Source of the DNA: an uncultured delta proteobacterium
GTDB taxonomy: Bacteria > Desulfobacterota > Desulfobacteria > Desulfobacterales > QNYZ01
Length of the DNA stretch: 64,000 nucleotides
Direction: 5' to 3'
NCBI GenBank assembly: GCA_963845145.1
Contig: CAWJQU010000005.1
Location: 800,001 to 864,000 of the forward strand
A program made the translations under genes and the position numbers. Of the stretch, positions 49,565-59,870 are shown piece by piece (within the stretch, counting starts at the first letter, position 1; each line of letters opens with the position of its first letter). The notes under the pieces were generated by a model, which saw only the letters and a list, made by a program, of their open reading frames with translations, did not search any database and had not been told where the DNA came from.

Positions 49565-50466
49565 TTAGCGTTTATGCTTCAATTTCTTCCCAAGCAACTT
49601 TCCTTTTCTACTGACAAAACCATAGTCGACCAGTTTAAGCTCTTGATCCTGTACAATTCCAATTCTGGGCAGTATATTTTGGCATCCCCATCTCCACACG
49701 CATCCACGGCCGTGGGAGTGGGATTGGTGTCGTTTATCTGGACACAGTTCTTCCAGCTACCGATATCCCCAATAAATTCTATCCCCATTTTCACATGTTC
49801 TCCACGATCCACTGCAGCCGGTGGCGCTACTTCCTGGAAGTACTTCGCGCCCAGCAGAAAGGTTCCCGGCATTATAATGCCGGGTCTTGCGATAAACCCA
49901 GTTGGATCATCTCCTGGTGGTTTTCCCGCTTCCCATGACCCTTCATTGCTCTCATCACCTTCGCATTCGTCATTTTCATCAAAGCCATCTTCGCAGTCAC
50001 GAGACCATTCCCCGAAGTAGTAAACGTCGTTGGTCTTGTCGCATATGGCAAACCAGTTCAGGGAGATCTCGACGGTCTTCCAATCCCCTTCTTCGCCTCC
50101 TTCGCCTTCTTCCCATTCAAGAGCCCGCTCCTCGACCACCCTGGTGTTGATCTTACGACCGTCGAGGTTGATCTTTTTTGTTTTACGAAGAACTGTTACC
50201 ACCTCACGTTCTTCCCCGTCTTCGTCTTCAAGAACAAATTGAAAACCCGGTAAAAGAATAAAGTAAGGATTATATCCCCTGGCTTTAAATTGACAGTTAT
50301 CGATTAGAAAGTCTTGGGTAAACTCGTCATTGTTTCCACAATTGTTGGGAAATTCACCCTCCTGCGCTAGCGCAACATCGCTTGAGAGATCGATAAAAAT
50401 AAAAACAGCAAAAATGATTCCCATAAATAAAATGGCCGCTATAAGGCTTCTTTTCAAAAACATCAC
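49565..50466 (-). CDS. Exported acidic, Cys-rich hypothetical protein with an apparent one-base deletion near 49665
   Basis: AGGAGG SD and signal/TM N-terminus; NPYF, VYYFGE, GSWEAG, PGIIMPG. Adding one base after KIYCP restores GIGIVQDQELKLVDYGFV...KHKR*, stopping at 49565. Confidence 0.7.
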
Positions 50467-50563
50467 TACCTCCTTTTTAAAAATTCCCCTAAGGATTACT
50501 ATCTATCGTTTGAAAGAGGGCCTTTTTTATGCAAGTGATCACCCTAGGGGGTGGTTGTTCAAC

Positions 50564-50596
50564 AAAAAAAGGCCTCAACCTGGAGATTGAGAGCCC
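50564..50596 (-). terminator. Rho-independent terminator about 100 nt upstream of the 50466 start
   Basis: Minus strand GGGCTCTCAATC-TCCA-GGTTGAGGCC-TTTTTTT. Confidence 0.65.
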
Positions 50597-50848
50597 ATTG
50601 ACATACCACCCGTGTATCGCTATTATATTAAACGCTTGGGTGTGCCGTCAGGCCCTCAGGTTTTCTAAGCCAAGCACCGGGACCCGCCAAAGTCGCGTGC
50701 TTGGCTTATTTTCATTGGACCGATATTTCAACGGGTCGCAATGAAATTTGTTTCGTAACGGATTTAGGATTCGGTTCCTATTTCACCCCCTTTCCGGACG
50801 ATTGTGCATTTCTATCGTATTTACGTCTAAATTCTAAATCTGATTAAT

Positions 50849-52048
50849 CTATTCGGTTTCAAAGGAGACCTTATCAGCTACGACAACGCCCTCACGCAGC
50901 CTGCCCTTGATTTCTAAAAGTATCCCTAAAACAATATCCTGGGGTTCGATATCTTCAAATACCGTTTCCGGAGTGGTAATGACCTGTTGGTCGTCAATGG
51001 AAAATTGTGAGTCCGAGGCGACATCAGTAACAATCCCTTCTATTTCAATTTGATCTGGCTCCCAGAATTCAATCTCGTGGGCATATAAAATGCCACCCAC
51101 TAGCGTCCCCTCTGCGCTTAGTTTTATGCCCGGGCCAATATCCGCCTGCTCCCCGTCGACAATTTCGGCACCATTTTCAATAATGACCGCTTGGGTGCCG
51201 ACCATAAATTCGGATATGGATACAAATTGGGTGACAAAACCGGTTACTTCAATTTCATCGGCATCCTCTGCCCTTAAATCAGCCTCCAAGTCGATCTTCG
51301 TTGCAGACAGTTTTGTACCTTCGGGATCCAGCGTTCCTTCCGCCTCTACCCGAAGGCCTTCGGTTGGCACACCGTCCGGTAAATCACCCGTGTCGGCCAA
51401 GGAGTAGTCCACCGTGAGTTCGTTTATTCGGAATGTTTGTTCAACACTATCGAGATTCGTTACCACGCCGTTGACCTCAAAAGTGGTGCCTGAATCGAAC
51501 GTTCCCGTTTTTTGAATAAAAGTGGCCCAAATGGTCTCCTTGTCATCGAAAAACCCACTAACCGCCACGGCATCATTTAGGGTGATATTATTGAAAGTAA
51601 GATTTTTGAATTGGGTAAGCGTGTTGATGATAACCGTTTGTCCCATCACCGTAATTTCTTTGGTTTCGCGTCCAATGGCACGGATCGTTTCAACCGGGCC
51701 TTCAACATTGTTGCGATAGATTACCTGGCGGGCCACAGCCTTGCCATCCACCTCGTTCTCCGGCCCCTCAATGGTGACCACTCTGCCGATATCAAGGTTG
51801 GCGCGAATCACCGCATCACCTGTTCCGATCGTTTCACCATTGATGATAAGTGTAGCCTTACCGGTGTCGAAAGTGGTTCCGTTGACCACAATACTCCCAA
51901 AACCATCAACCGTACCCTTACTGATGATACCGCTGCCCCCGATGCCGCCTCCGGCACTCATTCCATTGCCGCCCCCGCCGCCACAGGCGTTCAAGCAAAA
52001 AGCAATTGAAAACAGTAGCACAATGCGCATTAAGTGGACGGGTTTCAT
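50849..52048 (-). CDS. DUF5666 repeat lipoprotein
   Basis: Lipobox LNAC, GGGIGGSG, GTVDGFGSIVVNG, repeated (V/I)EG-x-V OB-like units. Start likely 52048 (MKPVHL). Confidence 0.85.
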   Translation of the reverse strand: MKPVHLMRIVLLFSIAFCLNACGGGGGNGMSAGGGIGGSGIISKGTVDGFGSIVVNGTTFDTGKATLIINGETIGTGDAVIRANLDIGRVVTIEGPENEVDGKAVARQVIYRNNVEGPVETIRAIGRETKEITVMGQTVIINTLTQFKNLTFNNITLNDAVAVSGFFDDKETIWATFIQKTGTFDSGTTFEVNGVVTNLDSVEQTFRINELTVDYSLADTGDLPDGVPTEGLRVEAEGTLDPEGTKLSATKIDLEADLRAEDADEIEVTGFVTQFVSISEFMVGTQAVIIENGAEIVDGEQADIGPGIKLSAEGTLVGGILYAHEIEFWEPDQIEIEGIVTDVASDSQFSIDDQQVITTPETVFEDIEPQDIVLGILLEIKGRLREGVVVADKVSFETE

Positions 52049-52049
52049 T

Positions 52050-52877
52050 TTAGATATCCTTTTCGACGTAAGGTTCTTCAAAATAATATATACCGAGCCC
52101 AGCCCGGTTTCGGCCGGAACCTTTAACCGAAGGCGTCACATCGCGATCGTGCCGGGCCAGTGTTTCATCAAGGCTTTCCAGTAATTCCTGTGCTTTTTCC
52201 GCGGACAGGTTTCGAAACTTTGGTAACATCTCGTCGGGCAGGTTGTCATACGCCACCTTACGTTGGAAAAAAGGGGCGGTTTGATCGGGATTTAAATTAT
52301 GGTCGATGGTAGCGATGAGGTGGGCCACATCCGAGCCTAAAATATGGAGCTTTCCAGCCTCGCTACGCTGGGGAATATATGCCTGTGCCTGTAGAGAAAT
52401 AGTGCCGTCAATATGTTGTTTGACCGCACCGATGTGAATGAGTTCGTCCAAAATAGCCCGAACCGGAATATCACCGCTGTATCTTTTGACCAGTTCGCTG
52501 AAATTGACGTCCGTACCCGTGACCGGCAACCGAACCGGTTCTCCCGTGGCATCCAAAAAGCCACTTTCACGACGCCAACCGGCGATTACCCTGGCGGCAC
52601 GATTATACTTTTCGGCGCTGGCGCGGTCATCCGGTCGCGGTAGGTTGCACACGCGTGTGACTTCCTTTCGAGACAGGCCGGTGACCACCGAAACCCGTGA
52701 CGTTGACTGTTTGCGGCCCGCAATACCGAATTCCTGAGTGGCGACATCCACATAAACCCATTTAGCAAGATCCGAAAAGGTTTTATAGGAAACACCGTTT
52801 CGCAACAGAATCCGAACCAATGGTCGAAGGAGCCGAATGATAGCTGCGGATAATCGTTTGAGGTGTTTGTCGCTCAT
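52050..52877 (-). CDS. DUF6502-family putative HTH protein
   Basis: RLLRPLVRILLRNGV, SRVSVVTGLSRKEV HTH, FSELV...DIPVRAILDEL, TIDHNL, FFQRKVAYDNL, GLGIYYFE. Confidence 0.85.
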   Translation of the reverse strand: MSDKHLKRLSAAIIRLLRPLVRILLRNGVSYKTFSDLAKWVYVDVATQEFGIAGRKQSTSRVSVVTGLSRKEVTRVCNLPRPDDRASAEKYNRAARVIAGWRRESGFLDATGEPVRLPVTGTDVNFSELVKRYSGDIPVRAILDELIHIGAVKQHIDGTISLQAQAYIPQRSEAGKLHILGSDVAHLIATIDHNLNPDQTAPFFQRKVAYDNLPDEMLPKFRNLSAEKAQELLESLDETLARHDRDVTPSVKGSGRNRAGLGIYYFEEPYVEKDI

Positions 52878-52920
52878 GGGATGTCAATTTCTTATGGGGA
52901 TACGGTTTTAAATAACCCTA

Positions 52921-52942
52921 ATTTGGGAATTTATTCCCAAAT
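52921..52942. promoter_or_regulatory. Perfect inverted repeat upstream of DUF6502 (putative operator)
   Basis: ATTTGGGAAT-TT-ATTCCCAAAT, immediately downstream of a minus-strand TTGACA (52951-56). Confidence 0.6.
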
Positions 52943-53084
52943 AAATTGTTTGTCAAGAAAATTTTCTGGCTCGATGTATTTTAATTATGTCCGGAATGAT
53001 TTATTCGCGGATATTTTTAAGGGAGAATCGGTTACGCTGGGAATAGCAACATCAAATTGACATTTCGTGAGTGATTGGAATCAC

Positions 53085-54146
53085 CTATGTAATGATCATA
53101 TGAGGTCCACCTTTGAGCTCACCCACCCGTCCGATAATCGTCGCTTTATCGATACCGTGGGCATGCAATTTTGTCAGTAACGCCGCCCCCTCTCTTTCGG
53201 GGACTGAAGCCAGCAACCCCCCGCTGGTTTGAGGATCAAAAAGAATTTCCTGTTTCCAGCCGGGTATCTCTTTGTCAAACCGCAGACGGTTACCTACCAT
53301 GCGGCGGTTGAAATCATTGGATCCGGTGCGCATACCCTTACGATACATGTCGAAGCTTTCATCCATCACCGGCAGGCTATCAAAATCAAGTGTTATCTCA
53401 ACCCCGGACGCAACGGCTATTTCAAAACCGTGCCCAGCCAAGCCGAATCCGGTTACATCGGTGACGGCGTGAATGGTAGCGTCTTTGAGTATTTCGGCGG
53501 CATCGCGGTTCAAAGTGGTTACGTAGCTAAGACAGGCATCCATGGCCGGTTTGGAAACCCAATTTTTAAGGTTGGCGTTGAAAAGGACCCCGCTTCCGAT
53601 GGGCTTGGTGAGGATCAGGACATCACCAGGTCGCGCATCTGCATTGGTCCAGTATTTTTCCGGATGGACCAAGCCGGTGACAGCCAGGCCGAATTTAGGC
53701 TCGTCGTCTTCGATGGAATGCCCGCCGGCCAAAACGGCCCCGGCTTCGGTGATTTTATCCAGTGCACCGGCGATGATTTGATTTAAAATTTCCGGCGCCA
53801 GTTTTTTTGAGGGAAAACTCACCAGATTAAGGCAGGTGATAGGCCGCCCCCCCATGGCATAAACATCGCTAAGGGCATTAGCGGCGGCCACTTGGCCAAA
53901 TATGAAACCGTCATCTACCGGCGGGGTGATATAATCGGCGGTTGTTATAATCGCCAATTCGTCAGTGAGTTTGTATACCCCGGCATCATCGGCCGTATCA
54001 AACCCTACCAGGAGATTGGGGTCTTTCTTTTTGGGAAGCGTTTTAAGTAAATTATCGAGTCCGACCGGATCGAGTTTTGCCGCTCACCCGCAGGTTTTGG
54101 ACAGACTGAGCAGCGTCGGTTTTTTAAATGGGTTGAGTTTGGCCAT
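53085..54146 (-). CDS. selD: Selenide, water dikinase (selenophosphate synthetase), selenocysteine-containing (U21)
   Basis: ATG 54146: MAKLNPFKKPTLLSLSKTCG-TGA(54084-86)-AAKLDPVGL...DTADDAGVY, in frame with the 53085-53957 ORF; NALSDVYAMGG, GGHS, TDVTGFGL, DPQTSGGLL. Confidence 0.95.
54055..54073 (-). promoter_or_regulatory. Bacterial SECIS-like hairpin of selD
   Basis: UCGA-UCC-GGUC-GGA-C-UCGA; the G-initiated apical loop starts 17 nt after the UGA. Confidence 0.75.
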
Positions 54147-54480
54147 TTGAACAGTATCCTAATTCTTTTAGATCGTTCAGGTTAAATAATTATCGTAAGA
54201 GCCATTTTATAGACAAATTAATAGTCGATTGCATTGAAAATGTAAAATAATAAGGCTTTGATGATTCGTCGTAAATAGGAAAAAAAATACCCAGAATTAT
54301 TGAAATTATTCCATAATCGGTGAGATGGATGAGAAGATTCAATTGCTACACTTGGTCATTATACTGCTGAAATAACAGATAATTGAGCCCACATATGGGG
54401 CCCTATGGTTTCGGTCCGAATTTTGCATTCCCTCGATATAGTTTCAAAATTGTTCACAAAAAGTTGATGGTAATTATAAC

Positions 54481-54702
54481 ATGATTGATGAGATGATGAA
54501 TGAATCTGTTTTAAACCCGGACCGGATTTCTCCCACAGGGGGAAGAAGGTCTGGCATTGAACGGCGGGAATTTTCCTTTACGGCCCATGTTCCGGAACGC
54601 CGAAAGGGTGAAGACCGTAGAAACTGGGAAGATCGTCGGCAAAAACCTCGGATTCTGAAGTATTGGCAACGATTAAAAGACAAACTATCCGAGAGGGATT
54701 AA
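54481..54702 (+). CDS. Small Arg-rich protein with repeated RRxxxERR/DRR motifs
   Basis: GRRSGIERR...PERRKGEDRRNWEDRR; fills the gap between selD and the cyclase gene. Confidence 0.65.
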   Translation: MIDEMMNESVLNPDRISPTGGRRSGIERREFSFTAHVPERRKGEDRRNWEDRRQKPRILKYWQRLKDKLSERD

Positions 54703-54732
54703 CCTAAACCCGGTCCATAATCATTCATAGAT

Positions 54733-57700
54733 TTATTTTAACCCAGCCCGCCCTAGAACACGACCCAGCCGGTTGAATACGGCCGGATCTTTATACGGCA
54801 ATTTCGCTTTACTGGCTTCCAAAGAGAAATTGGGGACAACCCTCAACACCTCCGTCGCCTCCGCCCGGGCTTTCTCATCCTCTTTTCGTTCACCATAGAT
54901 AGCTGTCAAATAAATGTGTGCCGGCCAAAAATTCGGGTTACGGTTGAGAACCCTTTTAAAGGATATAATCGCTTCGTCATATTGACCTGACATAAAATAG
55001 GCCGAACCCAATCCGTGATAATACCAAACCGGGGGGATTGGATTTAAGCGAATCGCCTTTTTAAACAAGACCACCGCCTCATCCGGTTTTCCCGCAAATT
55101 GTAACGCCTCCCCCAGCCCCGCGATGCCGTCGGCATCATTGGGGTTTAATGCGATGTTTTTTTTGAGCTCGGCAATAGCCCGGTCGTGCTGTTTTTGCCA
55201 AAGATAGATTTTTCCGACTAGGGTAAGGCCTTTCGGCATGGATTCGTCCAGCGTCAGGGCCTGGTGAGCCAGCTTAAGGGCCCGATCTAAAGATTGAGGA
55301 TCCATACTCCATTCGAAGGCCCATGCCATCCAGTAGGTCCAGCCCAACCCGGAATAGGCCTCGGCATACTTGGGATCCAGATCAATCGCTTGTTTGAACA
55401 TCTGTCGCGCTTGGGTATTATCCGCTTTAGTAAAGCGCGTGAAAAGGTCGGCCCCTCGCAATGCAAGGTCATACGCTTCAACGCTATCTGTTCCTCTGCG
55501 AACCAGGCGCTTTTCCTCATCCTTGGATAGTTTGACCACCAAGGCCGCCACAATTTTTCTGGTGACCTCATCCTGAAGCATAAAGATGTCTTTAAGGTCC
55601 CTATCGTAACGCTCGGCCCAGATATGTCCACCCGTATGGGCATCGATCAACTGCGCGGTAATACGGACGCGGTCCCCCGCCTTGCGTACACTGCCCTCCA
55701 AAACATAGCGCACTCCCAATTCCCGGCCGATTTGATCGACTTTTACAGATTTACCCTTGTAGCTAAAAACCGAGTTGCGTGCGATGACAAACAGATGTGA
55801 AATTTTGGATAGATCGGTAATGAGATCCTCGGTCATTCCATCACTAAAATATTCCTGGGAAGGGTCGTTACTCATGTTGACAAACGGCAAAACGGCGATG
55901 GAGGGCTTTTCCGGAATCTTCAGGCGTGACGTTTCGGGAAGCCCGGCCTGGCGAAGGTTAACCAGAATCCGCTCGAGATGTTCTGGATTTTTATAATGGT
56001 ATGCCTGGCGGAAATCCTCTAACGAGAAATTCGGAATCGCCTTTATTAATTCTGCGGCATACGTCCGGGCTTTTTCCTCCCGACCCAACTGTACGGAAAC
56101 ATCAACCAGGCCGACCAATCCAAAAAACAGGTTACCATTATTTGTTTTTGAACGTTCCAGGGTTTTTTTGTAAGTGGCATATGCTTCTTCGTATTGACCC
56201 GCTTGGCGGTAAGCCTGTGCGAGAAACGATAGCTCCCAATCCGCACAATAAGGCGCTAGTCGAATGGCTCTCTCGGCCAGGGAAACGGCTTTGTCAAAAT
56301 TTCCTGATAAAAGCATGACATTGGACAAAAGAACATGGCTTAAAGCATTGTTGGGGCCTAAGGCAACGGCCTCCTCGCCCTCGGTGATGGCTGCGTCATA
56401 CTGCTTTTTCATCAAATGGATCGAACTCAGCAAAGAATGGATATCGGATTGATCTTCATTTAACGCCGCGGATTTATTTGCCAGTTCAGTGGCACGTTGA
56501 ATGGATTCAGCCGGCGATTCGCTGAACCCTAACCACGTGTCGATGACATGGGTCCAGGCTAGCATGGTCCAGGCCAGGGCATAATTTGGATCCAGATCAG
56601 CGGCCAGTTCAAAAAGATCCCGGGCCTTGCGGTTATCTTCCCTGGAAAATCGTTCGAAAAGCGTGGTTCCTTTAACGGTTAGACCCCAAGCCTCGAAGTT
56701 GTTTGTGACCGGCCGTTTGCGGGATTGCTTGCCTTCCGTTAGTTCGATTTGCAACGCCGTTAAAATTTTCAATGTGATCTCATCTTGCAAATCAAATAGA
56801 TCCGTCAGATCCCGGTCGTAGCGTTCGCCCCATAAGTGATGTCCGGTAGTGCCATCAATCAATTGGGCCGTGACGCGGATGCGATCGGCTGATTTTTGTA
56901 CGCTGCCTTCGAGTATGTATTTTACACCAAGATCTTCGCTGACCTGCTGGACCTTCACCGGTTGGCCCTTGTAAACAAAGGTCGAATTTCGGGCGATAAC
57001 AAACAATTCGGGAATGATGGAGAGAGCGGTGATGATGTTTTCACTAATACCGTCGGCCAGATACTCTTGGTCGGAATTACCGCTCAGGTTGTCAAAAGGG
57101 AGCACCGCGATGGATGGCTTTTCGGGCAGCGGAAAGGCCAACGTGAGCAGAGAATCGGCCTGCATTAGCGAGGTTGCAGGTTGGGTGAGGGTATGCCGCA
57201 TGAACAGTGTCCCGGCGATGAAACCAACCACCCCAATAAGGACCAAACCCGCCCACAACCATCGGCGCGGCCGCCGTCTATTTTTTCGCCTTCGCTTTCG
57301 ATCGCCCATTTCCGGATCGGCCAGGATTCGATAGACTTTGACCGGTTTTTTGATATTTTTTACGGCCTGCTCGCCTTGAAATTTATACGTCAGATCAAGC
57401 TTCCCGACAATTTGGCCGTAAACCGTTTCAGAAACGGAAATCCCACCACCGTCGGCCAGGCTCTCAATGCGAGCCGCAATATTTACCCCATCACCGTAAA
57501 TTTGATCGCCCTCGGCAATAACATCGCCCAGATTGATGCCGATACGAAATTCCATTCGGCGATTTTCCGGCAGGGCGTCGTTTTTTTCCTTGAGCGTCTT
57601 TTGGACTTCGACGGCACAGCGAACGGCATCCACCACACTGGAAAACTCGGCCAAAACAGCGTCGCCCTCCGCACCGACCACACGCCCTTGATGCTGTTGA

Positions 57701-57840
57701 ATCAGTTCGACCATCGTTTCAAGGTGAGACGTCAGCGTGCGAAGCGTTGCCTCTTCGTCCTCACCCATCAAGCGGCTGTAGCCCTTGACATCGGCGTGGA
57801 AAATGGCGGCCAGCTTACGTTTAAAGTCCGGTTTTTCCAT
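54733..57840 (-). CDS. Class III adenylate/guanylate cyclase with TM helix and two TolB-N-like + TPR modules
   Basis: ADVKGYSRL, EGDAV, FRIGINLGD, YGDGVNIAARIE. PEKPSIAVLPFxN(L/M)S...LFVIARNS...YxLEGSV occurs twice, each followed by TPRs. Confidence 0.92.
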   Translation of the reverse strand: MEKPDFKRKLAAIFHADVKGYSRLMGEDEEATLRTLTSHLETMVELIQQHQGRVVGAEGDAVLAEFSSVVDAVRCAVEVQKTLKEKNDALPENRRMEFRIGINLGDVIAEGDQIYGDGVNIAARIESLADGGGISVSETVYGQIVGKLDLTYKFQGEQAVKNIKKPVKVYRILADPEMGDRKRRRKNRRRPRRWLWAGLVLIGVVGFIAGTLFMRHTLTQPATSLMQADSLLTLAFPLPEKPSIAVLPFDNLSGNSDQEYLADGISENIITALSIIPELFVIARNSTFVYKGQPVKVQQVSEDLGVKYILEGSVQKSADRIRVTAQLIDGTTGHHLWGERYDRDLTDLFDLQDEITLKILTALQIELTEGKQSRKRPVTNNFEAWGLTVKGTTLFERFSREDNRKARDLFELAADLDPNYALAWTMLAWTHVIDTWLGFSESPAESIQRATELANKSAALNEDQSDIHSLLSSIHLMKKQYDAAITEGEEAVALGPNNALSHVLLSNVMLLSGNFDKAVSLAERAIRLAPYCADWELSFLAQAYRQAGQYEEAYATYKKTLERSKTNNGNLFFGLVGLVDVSVQLGREEKARTYAAELIKAIPNFSLEDFRQAYHYKNPEHLERILVNLRQAGLPETSRLKIPEKPSIAVLPFVNMSNDPSQEYFSDGMTEDLITDLSKISHLFVIARNSVFSYKGKSVKVDQIGRELGVRYVLEGSVRKAGDRVRITAQLIDAHTGGHIWAERYDRDLKDIFMLQDEVTRKIVAALVVKLSKDEEKRLVRRGTDSVEAYDLALRGADLFTRFTKADNTQARQMFKQAIDLDPKYAEAYSGLGWTYWMAWAFEWSMDPQSLDRALKLAHQALTLDESMPKGLTLVGKIYLWQKQHDRAIAELKKNIALNPNDADGIAGLGEALQFAGKPDEAVVLFKKAIRLNPIPPVWYYHGLGSAYFMSGQYDEAIISFKRVLNRNPNFWPAHIYLTAIYGERKEDEKARAEATEVLRVVPNFSLEASKAKLPYKDPAVFNRLGRVLGRAGLK

Positions 57841-58151
57841 GGTTTAAAATAACTTCGAATTTACATAAAAGGAACGAAAGAAACGGTGTTTTTTAGCGAA
57901 CATATTATGGACCACATGCATACAGGTTCCAATTTTAATTTTAAAAATTAGCTATTTGCGATCTTTATGTCAATAAAATAACAGGATACCGCCCAATATG
58001 CTTTTCCTGCCCGTAACAAATTGTAACAACATGTAACGTGTCAATGGCTTGCCGAAAAACAGTCGCCCAGCAATAAAGATCCGGCAACAAAGTTCTTGAC
58101 AAAGGGAATGTTCATGAATAATATTCTGATAAATTATGCTTAGAGAGAATT

Positions 58152-58619
58152 ATGGACGATATTAGCTTTAAAATTCTGAAGATATTGCAGGAAAAAGCGC
58201 GAATTCCCAATGTTGAGGTCTCACGGCAAGTCGGTCTGGCCCCTTCGGCGGTACTCGAGCGAATTCGAAAACTGGAAAAGCAGGGGATCATTGAAGGTTA
58301 CGAGGTTCGCCTCAATCCCAATTATTTTACGAAAAGCCTGGTGGGTTTCGTGACCGTATATACGGCAGCCGGCAAGAAGGGCGACCGGGTAGGCAAAGCC
58401 CTGGCCAAGATCGATCTGGTTCAGGAGGTACATCTTGTTGCCGGGGAAGACGCCTTTCTGGTCAAGCTGCGGGCGGCGGACCCCGGTGAGTTGGGGCGCA
58501 TCATTCGGCACCGGATTGCCGGTATCGAGGGCGTCCGCTCCACGCGCACCTTAATAGTAATGGATACGGTCAAAGAGACCGCGCGCATACCAATTGGTGA
58601 AAAACAAAAGCGAAATTGA
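58152..58619 (+). CDS. Lrp/AsnC-family regulator
   Basis: ILKILQEKARIPNVEVSRQVGLAPSAVLERIRKLEKQGIIEGY HTH; RAM domain. Confidence 0.93.
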   Translation: MDDISFKILKILQEKARIPNVEVSRQVGLAPSAVLERIRKLEKQGIIEGYEVRLNPNYFTKSLVGFVTVYTAAGKKGDRVGKALAKIDLVQEVHLVAGEDAFLVKLRAADPGELGRIIRHRIAGIEGVRSTRTLIVMDTVKETARIPIGEKQKRN

Positions 58620-58628
58620 GGAAAATCC

Positions 58629-59855
58629 ATGATCCGTATCAATGAAAACTATCTGAAGCTCGAGGCGTCTTACCTTTTTTCGGACATTTCCAAACGCGTG
58701 ACGACTTTTCAGGAGGCCAACCCGGACCGGGAGATCATCAAGCTCGGCATTGGCGATGTAACCCGGGCTTTGCCCGCAGCCTGCCTGGACGCTTTTCACA
58801 AAGCGGTAGACGATATGGGGGACGACGCCACCTTTCGCGGTTACGGTCCCGAGCAGGGATACCCTTTCTTGCGTGAAAAAATCGCCGCTAACGACTTTCA
58901 GGCCCGGGGGGCCGAAATTGAAGCGGATGAAATTTTCGTCAGCGACGGCGCCAAATGCGATACCGGCAACTTTCAGGAATTGTTCGCCACGGATATCACC
59001 ATCGCCATTCCCGATCCGGTTTATCCCGTTTACCTGGATACCAATGTCATGTCCGGACGCACCGGTAGATATGAAGATGGTCGCTACCAGGGCGTTATGT
59101 ATATGGAAGGTAGCTGGGAAAACGGATTCGTGCCGGCGTTGCCCAACCAACCGGTGGATCTGATCTATTTGTGCTTTCCCAACAACCCCACCGGCGCCAC
59201 CATCGGCAAAGACCAGCTGCAAGCCTGGGTTGATTATGCCCGGGAGAACCGTGCCGTGATATTGTTTGACGCGGCCTACGAAGCATTTATCCGCGATGAT
59301 AATCTGCCCCACTCCATTTACGAAGTACCGGGGGCCCGGGAAGTCGCCATCGAGTTTCGCAGCTTTTCCAAAACCGCCGGTTTTACCGGTACCCGGTGCG
59401 CCTATACGGTCGTTCCAAAAACATGCCGGGCCTGGGCGGCTGATGGCACGGCCCATTTACTAAACTCCTTGTGGAACCGCCGCCACGCCACCAAGTTCAA
59501 CAGTGTTTCCTATCCGGTTCAACGAGCCGCCGAGGCTGTCTATAGCCCGGAAGGCCGTGAACAGACCCGTGCCTTGATCGATTATTATCTGCGCAATGCC
59601 GAACTGATCAGAAATGAGATCGGCGCCCTCGGTTTTGATTGTATCGGTGGCCGAAACGCGCCCTATATCTGGGTGAAAGGCGACGAAGATTCCTGGCGGT
59701 TTTTCGATCTGCTTTTAAATAAGGCCGGTGTGGTTTGTACGCCGGGGGCCGGTTTCGGCCGTTGCGGCGAAGGCTATGTTCGCTTTAGCGCTTTTAATCA
59801 TTTTGAAAAAGTCCAAACCGCCATGGCACGCATGCGCGACATTTTGAAAAAGTAG
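58629..59855 (+). CDS. dapL: LL-diaminopimelate aminotransferase
   Basis: [53 protein letters not shown]. Confidence 0.95.
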   Translation: MIRINENYLKLEASYLFSDISKRVTTFQEANPDREIIKLGIGDVTRALPAACLDAFHKAVDDMGDDATFRGYGPEQGYPFLREKIAANDFQARGAEIEADEIFVSDGAKCDTGNFQELFATDITIAIPDPVYPVYLDTNVMSGRTGRYEDGRYQGVMYMEGSWENGFVPALPNQPVDLIYLCFPNNPTGATIGKDQLQAWVDYARENRAVILFDAAYEAFIRDDNLPHSIYEVPGAREVAIEFRSFSKTAGFTGTRCAYTVVPKTCRAWAADGTAHLLNSLWNRRHATKFNSVSYPVQRAAEAVYSPEGREQTRALIDYYLRNAELIRNEIGALGFDCIGGRNAPYIWVKGDEDSWRFFDLLLNKAGVVCTPGAGFGRCGEGYVRFSAFNHFEKVQTAMARMRDILKK

Positions 59856-59870
59856 AAAGGGATTGTACCA

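Noticed and set aside
58013..58037. GTAAC x3 at 10-bp period between the cyclase and lrp genes
   Set aside because: Could be a regulator site, but the word is too short and has no second occurrence to support it.
58551..59456. 301-aa minus-strand ORF
   Set aside because: Antisense shadow of dapL with no recognisable motifs. The same applies to most short overlapping ORFs in the track.
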